A stretch of DNA of 64,000 nucleotides from Amoebophrya sp. A120 (lineage: Eukaryota; Protista; Dinoflagellata): contig CAJINV010000004.1 in assembly GCA_905178155.1 (NCBI GenBank), positions 2,502,228-2,566,227 on the forward strand. The letters run 5' to 3'. Positions 23,501 through 35,500 of this stretch are shown in pieces (position 1 is the stretch's first letter; every line of letters begins with the position of its first letter). The notes beneath the pieces were generated by a model that was not told the DNA's origin, did no database searches, and was given only the letters and a program-made list of their open reading frames with translations. The translations under genes were made by a program, and so were the position numbers.

Positions 23501-26500
23501 CGACCACCCCAGAGTTGTCATGCAAATCTGCATGCGTAGAATGTTTGTCATGCGGAGCCCCATGAGAGGCATTTTCTAGTCGTGTTTTGGAATTTGTAAT
23601 GCTCCAATCAGCATTTTTTACTAGATCTGTGATGCTGCAGAACTACCTCAAACAGCACTACGCTGCGAGTCCAAATTTGTCATGCAAAACAGCAAAAACT
23701 TGTGGACTTGTCTAGCCGATTCCCCATCTAGACTCTGGTGTGGGGACGTTTTTACTCAGGATAGGCCGCGTCCCGCCGGAAGACCAGGATTTTTCCCGTG
23801 GTCGGCGGCCCAACGTCGTCGTTGCCGCTCATCATGTTGAACAACGTGGTTTTGCCCGCGCCGTTGGGGCCGAGCAGCCCGAAGCACTCGCCCGCCGGGA
23901 TCCCCAGCGTGACCCCCTTGGTGGCCCACATGGGCTTCTTGCCTCCCTCGACCATGAACCTCTTGCGCACGCCGCGGAGGTCAATGGCGAACTCGGCGGC
24001 CAACAGGTGGTCTGCGACCCGGTCGTTGCCTGCAGCTTCTCCCAGACTCTTGATCTGGAAATTCGTCACCAGTTTGTCGGCTGAGATAGCTGTATCTGTA
24101 GTTCCAGCAGCTGCATGATCTTTGTTGTCACCGGTGGTGTTGCCGTCGGTTACTACTCCGAGGCCATCATTTTCAGCTTGTTTTCCTGGTTGGTCCTTCT
24201 GACCGGCGGAAGACCGGATCCGATCCCCCCGGGCGGCCGTGCATCGAAAGCGACAATGCAGTCCCGACCCAAACGCAGGAAGCAAAAATGAAGCTAATAA
24301 TTATTGCCCAAGAGCGGCGAAACGCTCACGCTCGCGGCGTTTCGGTTTCGCGCAAAATTTGCTGGGCCAACTGCTTGCCAATGCAAGACGCCCGCCCGGC
24401 TCCGTCGGTCCGGCGGGCGGGCCGCCCACACGGGCGGTCGGTCAGATATCAGCGACCCTCAGCGGAGTGATGCTTCTCACAGGAGCACTCGCCGACTCAC
24501 ACACAGAGTCAGTCAGTTCACAGACAGGCGCGCTGGGAGACGGCGCCTATCTTCGGCCCCACCCGCGAAGACCTTCTGGCCACCCCCATTGCACCGGAAG
24601 GGGAGGGGTGGAGCCATCCAGATTTCTTTGCTGGCCATCCGCAACGACCGCACGCTTCCAGCCGAGACACTGGTGAATCCGACCCATAAATACCCAACTG
24701 CCACACCCAACGCTCCGGGCCGGGGCACTGGATCCACCCAGGCCTGCTAGCCACCAACACCACACCACACCGACAACCCGGGATGGGGCGGTGGATCCGC
24801 TCGCTGTCGCTTCCGCGCAAACACAGATATGCGCCAGTACATTTCCGCGAAATTTCAAAATTTTATTTTTATGGACGGATAATTATCATGGAAAAATCAC
24901 TCAAGTGAAGCGGCTGCAGGAAACGAAACAGGAGCCAGATTGAGGCGTGACTCGACATGGGTTTATTTAAGACAACCGCAACAACTCACCAACCACGAAA
25001 TTTTAAAATTTTATTTTTATTGAAGTTGAAAATTCGCGAAATTTCAAAAATTTATTTTTAATGCAAGGTGGAACGATAAATAGCCGACGTCGAAGCGAAA
25101 AATGACGGACGAAACGTGTCGGTCGTCCCGCCCGAGGCTCAGCGATGCTGGAGAGCGGGTGCTGAGGCTGACTGGATCAGATTTTCAAGTTGAAATCCGC
25201 GAATTTTCAAAATTTTGTTTTTATTAATCTAGATCACACAACTACCACAGTCAGTTGCTTGAGCTTGATTGTATATCGAAAGCGGCCCACCTCTTCGACG
25301 CTGGCTGCGCAGAAAAATGCACCGACATTGCGCCAGGGATCGGGTAGTTGCGCACAGTGAGGGCGCGAGCCGGCTGCTGAGCGAGCGGGGCCGAAAATTC
25401 GGAAATGTAGTCTACGTACTTACCCTGCGAGCGCTTTTGTTTTTTGTTCCTCGCGTTGTACCCGCCTAGAAAATTTCTAGGAAAAAACACATGGCAATCA
25501 CATAGTGGTTTTTCGCACAATGGGTTGGTAAATGTTTTCGCACACGATACGGCCGCACCGTCGGCAATGGCGGTCGACGCGGGTGGTGCCTTGCCTTTAT
25601 TTTCAACAACCGCGCCGAGCCCGACTGCGAGTTGTGGTTCTGCCGCTCCACTGGAAATGCTTTCTCCGGGATGCAGCATGGCGGACGAGAACGTACGGTA
25701 GATCTCCAGGCCGGTTTTTGGTCCTTGTCCAGATGAGCCGTCTAGTTCCAGTACTGGCTGGCGGGGCCGCTGCTCCTCCGCCACAACGTCGGGGTCCCGA
25801 AGGTGGGCCTCCTCGGGCGGCGGCAGTTCCTCGAGGGCAATGGCCTCGACCTGCTTGGTATCCTGTGCAAAAGTATCGCACTCGTAGTAATTGCAATCAT
25901 GCATTACAAGTTTTTTTCTGAAGCTAAATCCGCATTGCGTATTTTATTTCTCATGCTGAGGAAATTTGTAATGCATTTATACGAGTACGATACTTTTGCA
26001 ATGCATACTTGGTCATGCGGTTCCGCCGGATTACGCGCTCGAAGAAGAACAGCAGGAGCCAATGCAGAACTCCGCTGTAAACGAGCCCGTAGAAGTAGGC
26101 GAAATGAAGCCTGCCGACTACGGATTGGTCAATGTAGTTGAAGCCCAGGCCGAGGGCGTTCAGCATCGCAAGGTCTTTCTTGCGGTCCTCGCCAAACAAA
26201 GCGAGAACGTCGGCCAAGCCCTTCTATCCTGAGTAAAAACGTCCCTGTCATGCAAATGCGCACTGACAGGAACATTTGCAATGCGCAGCTCCATGAGAGG
26301 AGTTTCTAATTATGCTTTGGAATTTGTAATGCTGTAAACAGGATGTGAAAATGGCTTTCTCATGCGGCTTCTCTTGCCAATCAGCCCTATACTGCAGAGG
26401 GAGACTTGTGTTGCTAGATTCCCAACGTGACTATGGGGTGGGGAGGCGTTTGCTTAGGATACTTTCCCCGTCTTCGCCAAGCGCTCGATCGCGGCCTCGG

Positions 26501-29500
26501 CGCGCCGAATCGCGTGCGGGTTCTGCAGCGTGGGCCAAAAGTACCAGCCCGCAGCCTGGGTATTTTTTGTCAGCTGCTCGATCGGGTCGCACGGGTCCAG
26601 GGACGGGGTGGCACTGGTACTGGTGCTATTCGTGGGTACCGCTGTCACATCATAATTTTCAACAAGTTCATCTGGTGAGGTGACGCCGCTGTCGTCCTTA
26701 GAAGTTAACATCCTTGTTTCGTGGTCTCTTGCTGATGTCCTCGTTATAATTCTCTTTGCTGTGGTAGTTCTCCTGCCTGCTGCTGCTTCTTGTCGCTTCT
26801 CCTGTCTTCGGTTCGCTACGTACATCTCCAAAAACCTCGATACTGACGGCATCGGGAACATATTAGAGGGTCTTTTACCTTCTTCATAGCCGTCCTCTTC
26901 ACCATCATCTATACCCGTCGAGTAGGAAAGTTTGTCTACAAAAATAGATGAACCATTTCCAACATTGCCTCCCTCGTCCTGCTCGTCTCTGTCTTCCAAA
27001 ATAAACGACGAAGCACTACTAGAAGTGGATTTTTTCTTGCCTTTCTTTGGCGTATTTGGCGTGTAGGCGCCGCTGCTCCTCTTATTTCGCGAGGTGGAAA
27101 CCAGACTCTGCAGCACAAATTTTATGTCCCCAGCGCCGGTGCACTCTGCGGGCATAGTCCACCCGGCCAGCGCGGCGGTGTTGTGCAACAGGTAGATGTG
27201 ACTAATGGCGTTGTTCATGGCAATGTTAGGGAAGAAAAATCCCAGCAGCACGTTCCAGAGGACCGTGCCGGACCCCGACCCGTCCACCGGTAACACGACC
27301 AGGCCCAAGCTGCTTTCACCCCCCACCATGTTGACAATTTCCAAGGCGAGTTTGATTAGCGGTGTGAGGATCAACAAAACTAGGTGGGTATCAAATGTAA
27401 AAATGTCTGGGTCTGGAAGAGGAGAAGTTTGTCATGCACATTTTCCATGATGTCTGTGATGTATGCCATGGCATCACAGATTTTTTGAGAGCCTATCGAT
27501 GCACATCCTGCATGAAAAATGCCCTCTACGCGTAGCCAAATTTGACTCCTCCTGCTGCTCATGCAATACAGCTTTTTTTAGCATCCAAATGCAGCATCAC
27601 AAGTTTGGCTCTTGCAGACCCAGACATTTTTGCACTTGATAGTAGGTCCCTTGCAGAAACTTCGCGTCGAACAGTGCGACAACCTGGGCGATCAAACTAT
27701 GGCGTTCTCAACTGTTACATTCTCAACTGTTAGCACATAAAACTTGTGATGCAAGAATTGGAAAAGGGGAAGGGGGAAGGTTGCGCCTGTAGCATTACAA
27801 ATTCCGCACAGATTTAGGTGCGGGCTAGCCCTTCGCAAATTTGTCACGCGGGAGCAGCTTGCTCGCGAGGATGATGATGGTGCTTTTGCATGAGAAATTT
27901 ATGTAACAGTTGAGAATGTAACATTTGAGAATCTCATACAAACAGGTATTCATGGCCGCGAGGAAAAGCACGAAGAATAACGCGGTGCCCGCACCACCAG
28001 GGGTTGTGATGTTGTAGGGGGGCACGTTGAGACTCATGCCGATAAAGATGTTGAGGAACATAATCAAGCAGGGAAGCAGGAGATAGCTGCAGAAATTCCC
28101 CACGTGATAGGCCATCGGTCCCATGCCGTGCATGTGCAGGTGCCGCACTAACCCGTCGCTGCGCTCCTCGCTCAATTGACCGACGATCTTCAGGTAGCCG
28201 GCCATCAGCATTAGGATCGCCCAGATGATGCCGCCGAAAAAGCAGAACAGAATGTTGACCATTTGGCCGGTCAAAAGTTCGGAGAAGTCCGTAATGTCCG
28301 TGTCCGGCCGGATTGCGTTGAAAAAAAGTTGAATCAAAACCGACATGAAGATCAGCTTGAAAATTGCATACGCCCCCGACTTATCAAATGCAAAAATGTC
28401 TGGGTCTGGAACGAAGAGTCATGCTGTTTTTGCATGACACAGAAGGTCTGGCATGGAAGCTCTAGCATCACAGGTCTTGAAGAGAAGCGTTCGCAATGCC
28501 GAATCCGCATGACACGTCCCTGATTTTGGTGACAGAAAGTGGGCAACTTTTGCTGCCTATGCATGACGAGAGATTTTTCTGTCTTCTGAAATGCGCATCA
28601 CAAGTTTGTATTCTTCCAGACCATATTTGCACTTGAGACCACTCGCTCGTCCAGCGGAGCAGCATCATCGCGTGCACCTGCCGCGTATGCATTGCAAAAG
28701 TAATAAAGTACTAGTAGAAATCGCATGACAAATTCACTCAGCATGAGAAATGGAGTTTGTCATGCTGTTTTGCCTTGGGATCGAGATTTGTGATGCATGA
28801 CTGCGATTATTACGAGCACGATACTTTTGCACAGGATACCGCGGCAGCGAGAAGTGGCGCGGCCGCAGCGGGGCCATCGACAAGCGGCGGTCGTTTTCCA
28901 GGAGTCTTTTTCGCTCAGTCGTTAATGCCACCAGGTCGGCGTTTTCTTTGTCTTTTTCGGTGAGGAGGAGCAAGGGCTCTTTTGCTTCGAAGATGCTGTT
29001 ATCCTGTGCAAAAGTATCGTACTCGTACAAATGCATTACAAATTTCCTTAGCATGAGAAATAGAATTTGTAAATGCTGATTTACCTCCCTGAAGGAAAAG
29101 ATTTGCGATGCATGAGTGCAATACGAGTGCGATACTTTTGCACAGGATAGCTGTCCTCGCGCGACGAGGGAAAGCTGGAGTCCCGGCTAGTAGAAATTGA
29201 TGCTCTTCTTGCACTTTTGTCATCCATTTTCGACGCAGTGGTCTCATCTACTACGCCCGCCCCACCGGCCCCAGACCTGGTGGCAGCGGCGGCAATTTGA
29301 ATATTTTTGTCGTTCGTTGTACTAGTACTTTTTTTTCGCTTTTTTTTCTCCTCTTCCGCCCGTTTCTCCAGCGCGCGGCGCTCCTTGTCGCGCTCAGCGG
29401 CCTCGCCGGCAAGGTGGAAAACCTCCTCCATCGTGGTCATTTCCACATTTACGTCCCGGATGCCGTAGTAGGTTTGTACCTCCTCGATCTTTTCTAGCAG

Positions 29501-32500
29501 TGCAGGCACGCAGTACACTTTTTCCCAGGGGATGCTGTAGGAGAGGAAAAAATCGTTCATCTTCGGATTTTTCGTTTGGATCTGGGTTCTTTTCGAAGCA
29601 CTTCGTCTACTGCTTCTAGCGGCATTGTTTGATGTCCTCTCGTCCTGCAACGCGGCGAGCCTGTCGAGCGTTTTCTCGAAAACGTCCTCTTTCAACACTT
29701 TCCCCAGCACCTTCCGCGCGTCCCTTCGCTCCGCCAAGGTCGGGTTGTGGCCGTGGTGCAGACTGAGATTCACCCAGTACCCCACGCCCCACTGGTGCTT
29801 CAGCTGCGAGCTGGTCCCCAACGCCATCACGCGGCCGTTCGCAATGATCACCTTGCGCGACGCGAGCAGGTCCGCTTCCTCCAGGTAGTGCGTGGTAAAC
29901 ACGACCGCACGCTTTTCCTGGTTCACAATGTGTTTCAATAACACCCAGAAGTCGCGGCGCGCCTGTATAACCCGCTCAGGTGTTACAATCTCAAACGTTG
30001 CAATAGAATATGGAAATCTGTGATGCAAGATTGCACGATCTAGCCAAGTCTTATAGGATAGCGCATGACAAGTTCCGGAGCCCCAAACCCCACTGCAATT
30101 TGGCGAAATTTGTATTGCAGAAAGTGGAACGGTCTGCACGTCTGTCATGCTCATCATGCAACACGAATTCCAGATTCTATTGTAACGTTTGAGAATGTAA
30201 CGCTTGCGCAAGTCATAGCCTGCGGGTCCATGCCGCTGGTGGGTTCGTCCATCAGAATCAGCGGCGTGTCCTATTAAGAGGAAAAATCCCCGCTCATTCC
30301 CATATCGAAAACGAAACTTGTCGTGCTGTATTTGCGTACATAAATCGGATTCTATTGCTAGAAGGCCAAGAGACGCAGTTGTGCCTTCGCTTGCAGACAA
30401 TCTGCCATGCTGTTTTCCGCTTACAGTTACTTCCTGTCATGCTGAAGACGCAAGGCATTCTAACACCGGGCAGCACAACAGTCGGCATCTCTGCTTTCCT
30501 TCTAGCATGACAACGCGACTTGCGATCACAAATCCGCATCACATATTTTCATTTTGATATGGGGAGGGGGCATTTTTCATTTTGATATGTCCCCGAACAG
30601 CGCGACTAACACCCACATCCGCCGCTTCTGCCCTCCGGACAAGTCTTTGCACAGGGTGTCCAATTTCTGCGAAATCCCCAGCCCCTCGGCGTGTTGCTCC
30701 GTTAACGCTGTGATTTTCCCGTTATCCGTGTACCCCCTGAGCCGGGCGAAAAATTCGATATGCCGCCGAAGCGTGAACTGTTCGTACAAGGGGTTGTCCT
30801 GCGGGCAAACCGACACGGCCTTCCGTACCTTCTTCATTTCGCGCTTGATGCTGTAGCCCGCCACGTAGGCTTCGCCGCTGGAGCAGGGCAGCATTCCCGT
30901 GATCTGGTTGATCAAAGTCGACTTGCCCGCGCCGTTGTGCCCCAGCAGGGCGAAAATCTCCCCGCGGTTGACGTCGAACGTCAGGTGATCGTTGGCGAGT
31001 ACCCCCGAGCCGTATTTTTTCGTCAACTGATGAAGCTCCAGCGCCTTGTCGGGATCGGGTGGGGGGTAACTGTTACTGCTCGCACGGTCGTTCTTGTTTT
31101 TCGATTTTCTCTTTGCAGCGGCCTTGTTTATTTCGGCGAGCTGAGTAGATTCCGATTCGTGTCCGGGTGTTGCACCACCAGCTCCTGCAATAGGTGGAGC
31201 TCGTCGATCTGAAGATGTCATGGCGGTTTTTTTGTTCTCTTCTGTGACAGCTGCCAATTCATCATCATCTTCCTTCTCCGCCGTCGCCGACGCCTCCTCC
31301 TCTACCTCCTGCATGCCGGTTTCCTGTCGCCGTGCGTCTTCCGTGTAGTTTAACAAGTACACCCAGAGCACCACGTGGCCAAACAGGCCGACGTAGTCCA
31401 GAAATCGGAGGAACCAAAACACCCCCGACTTGTCGTGCCGGGCCAGTTTGCCCTCGGATGGACCGCCTCGGGTCCAGTGCTCCGGGCCGTGCGCGATGCT
31501 CCCGTTATGGAAGCGTCAGGATTGAAATCGTCAAAGTTGAAATAATTTACCATGCAGAAATTGCAAGGCATGAAGTGCCTCTCTTGCAGCCAGGGATGGC
31601 AAGTGAGGCCGACTGACACCCTGTTTGGGGTCTGAGATAGAGCTGCTGAAGTAGCATGGCAAAAGACGCCTTCTGTCCCTAAACAGCACGACAGACTGGA
31701 TTTAGACGGTGCCAAAATTTGTCATGCACCGCTTGGAACTTGGGATTCCAACTGGTATCGATTTTATGCATTACAAGTTATTTCAACTTGAACTTTGTCG
31801 ATTTCAATCCTGACACTCCCATACCCGTGGCCGGAGTCGTCGTCCATCACGCTACCCGAGGCGCCGCCGCGCCAGTCGTCTTCCCGGGTTTTCAAGGTTC
31901 CTGCCGTGCCCGCGGACGGCGGCCACGGGTACCCGTGAAAGGGGCACCAATAGAAGCTGCGCTCCTTGTATGACACCCTCAGAATGGAAATGCTCAAAGT
32001 GGAAATGGTTTGTGATGCATGAAATGCGACACCAAAAAGACTGTATTGCAGAGAACGCAATGGAGGCCGACTATTGTGCTTCTACGGGTTCAGAATTGAG
32101 CTCCTGATTAGCATGAGAGGAGGGCACCCCTTTGCCTAACTAGCATGACAGACACGTTTTCAGTGCCCGCGAAATTTGTCATGCGCCGACTACAAATGGC
32201 GCTTCAACTGGAGTCGTCTTTTTGCATTACAAATTATTTCCACTTTGAGGATTTCCAACCTGAGGCTGTCATACCTTGATCCGCACCTGCTGCGCGTTCC
32301 AAATGCGTGGCTCGTAAATGGGCACGGCAGTTTCGGTATGACAGTGCACAACCGCCCCTCCCCCTCATTTGTAGTGCATTTCTAGCAACAGAAACCACCT
32401 CAAGGATGCAGAAGTCTCTGCATTACAAATCCACGCGCAGGGGAGCATAGTGCAGTTCGGCCTTCCAGAACTTGTCATGCAAGCACAGCCAAAAGGCTTA

Positions 32501-35500
32501 GACAGGATTTGGCATTTTTGCATTACAAATGAGGGGAAGCAGGGGGAGTTGTGCACTGTCATATTCGGGGACCAGGTGCATCGGAGCGGCTTGCGGGTCG
32601 GCGTTGTTGAAGCGAACGGTCGTTACCAACGACTCGCTTGGGTAGCTGTAGAAGTTAGGGCTATTGTTCTCTTGGTCATTTTTTCCACCGCCTCCTATGG
32701 CGGCGGTAGCTCATTTATTTGGAAAAATTTTTTTTTTTTCTATATAGCGCTTAAATAGCTAGCAAGATATGCATTTATTGGCCCCATTACTGTAGCTAAA
32801 GGCGGAGTGCCCGTCTGCGAAAGGAAAACGAAGGCCGATACTGCGGCAGCCGAAGGCGTGGTAGACCATGGAGTTGGGACACGGATTCGTCGCAAATCCG
32901 TTCAGCAGGAGGTCGTGCTTACCGGATCGTGGGTGCTCCGCTGTTCCGGAATCTGGCTGAAGACTTCGAATTGGATACGTTAACTAGCTACAGTAATGGG
33001 GCATTTGGCATGCAAAAGAGAATGCGTAGCTAAGTGGTATAGCTAAAAAAAAAATATTTTACAAATAAATGAGCTACCGCCGCCATACCTCCCATACTAC
33101 CCTTTTCTTCCTTCTCCAGAACCTTTCGAGGCTCGTCTCTACTTCTGCCAGATTCGTCTTCTTCGACGGTCATACTACTCTGGACAAGAACTTCAACTTC
33201 TTGCTCGCCGGTCTTTCTCTTTTCGCCGCGTGTACTAGTAGTTCCCTCCTCGTCCTCCTCCGGAGGCACGTCCCCCGCACCAGCTTCTTCAGAATACAGC
33301 GTCGCATCCATTCTGGAAAGGTCTTTGTCATCTTCATCTTGGCCCTTCCTCCCAGCTCCTCCCATCAGGATCGGCGCGCCCGAAGCGAGCTGGATGCGCA
33401 GCCCTTTTTCACCAGTGCCCTTTGTCCCTTTTCCATGGTGAGAAATTGACGCATGATTATCCATTTTCGGGTCGCTGTCTTCGTGTCGCGGAGCATTGGA
33501 CCACGACGACAGAAGCATCTCGTCGTCAGAGTTGTCGTTATTTAGGTGACTCCTGATACCAGGTCTGCCCCCTGCTCCTGTGGAGTCTGCCCCTGCTCGA
33601 TTTCTGCGTTCGAACTCCTTCCGGTCCTTGGCGTCCGCTGCTTTTTTCTGCAGTTGTTTTTTCCAGATAAACGCATCGATGGTCAGCTCAACTGGCTGCT
33701 TGCTAGTCTTCACGCGTGGTTGGTCATTTGAATCCACTTTGTCCATCGTCGTAGCCGCCCCGGGCCCAGCCGTTGCTTCGTCGTTCTCCGCATCGGTCCT
33801 CGCAGCGGCCGAGTTTTCAGAAGTCTTTAACATTTTCCCCAAACTCGCTGCCACTGCATCCGCTCCGAAGATTCCATCTTCGTTGACGTTAACGTCCACT
33901 TCATCATTTTTAGTACCTCCCGCCTTTTTGTCGTCTTCTTGTTCATCTTCGCTAATTCTACGTGATGTGCCCCCTCGTGAAGATGTTGCACTTGCAGCTC
34001 TTGATGCTGACTCTATTTCCAGAGAAGACGATGAAATATCATCTTTAGCATCTTCTTCACCACCTCCGCTACGTCTTCTTTTGCGAAAAAACTCCGCTAC
34101 AGACCACGCCGCATCTTCTGCTCCTGCGAAATCAGCCTTGTTGTCACCCTATGAATTGCAAAACTAGTATGGTACTAGTAGTATAGTTAGATTGCATAAC
34201 AAATTGCCTTAGCGTTACAAATCAAATTTGTCATGCGGATTTGCCCTAAGAAAAGGATTTGTAATGCATAAATATAACGCTAACGCAATTAGTACGAGTG
34301 CGATACTTTTGCAATGCATACGCCCCGGTGCAACTGGTCGTCCAGCCGCAGCTTTTGTTTTCCAAGGTCTGGAATCAAGTGCAAATATGTCTGGGTCTGG
34401 ATCTTCATGAGTGCCGATGTAGTCTGTCATGCTGTTTATGGATGTTGTTGTTGACCCACAAGGTCTGCCATGCAGGCCCTAGCATCACGAATTCAATTCA
34501 GAAGGGGAGTCAACGCCTCCTCCGCATGGCAGATTCCCACTTGTTTCGGTCGTGACAAGAAGTGGGCAACTTTCGCTGTCCACGCATGAGAAACTTTTGT
34601 ACTATGATCCGGAACGCGGAACGCGCATCACAAGTTCGCATTCTTCCAGACCGCCCAGACATAGAATTTGCAATGCATATCTGCAATCACGCTACTCTGA
34701 CTTGTGCGGAAGCCTGGGTCATTGCGGCAGTGCTTCGCCTCCTCGACCGTCCCCTGTTCGATGGAACAGCGGAGATACCGGGGCTCGTGGAAGGGCATGG
34801 CGTTCTCAACCGTTACATTCTCAATTGTTACATGATTTGTCATGCAAAATGGCAATCAGAATCGACGCGATCAAGCTGCTTCGCATTACAAATTGTGGAA
34901 GAGCCCAACAGGCTGAGAGTCTGCGCCAAACTTGTAATGCAAAAGGCGCAACTTCTTCCCCCCTTTCACTTTTCCCATTCTTGCATTACAAATTCATGTA
35001 ACAGCTGAGAATGTAACATTTGAGCGCTCCATAAAGGGGTATCGCTCATTGTAACTCTCCACGTATTTTGTGCGACCGAGCACCATATCAAATGCAAAAG
35101 TGTCTGGGTCTGGAAGAACCAGATTTGTCATGCATGTTTTTTTTTTTTTGATTAGGCCCCATCTTCATGTAAATTCATCATTTTTTTAAGCTAGGAGCCG
35201 GTGTGCGTTACTTAACATGTGAAATCTGATCTCACGAACACCGGCCTGCGACCAAGCAGGACAGGGCCGACACAATATTTCACACAGTTAAGCAGATGGC
35301 GCGGGTATCTGAGTGCTGTTTTTTTTTGTACCAAATTTAAACTTGTCGCCTGCCCCAGCAACTTGTTCTCGCTTCGCAGCCGTTCTATCCCTCCGCACCA
35401 CACGCGTATCCCTGGTCCTCCACACGTTGGCCTAGTCCTCCCCGCTCTCCCCCTCCGCTCCACACGTTGGCCTAGTCCTCCTCGTCCTCCTGTAGCTCGA

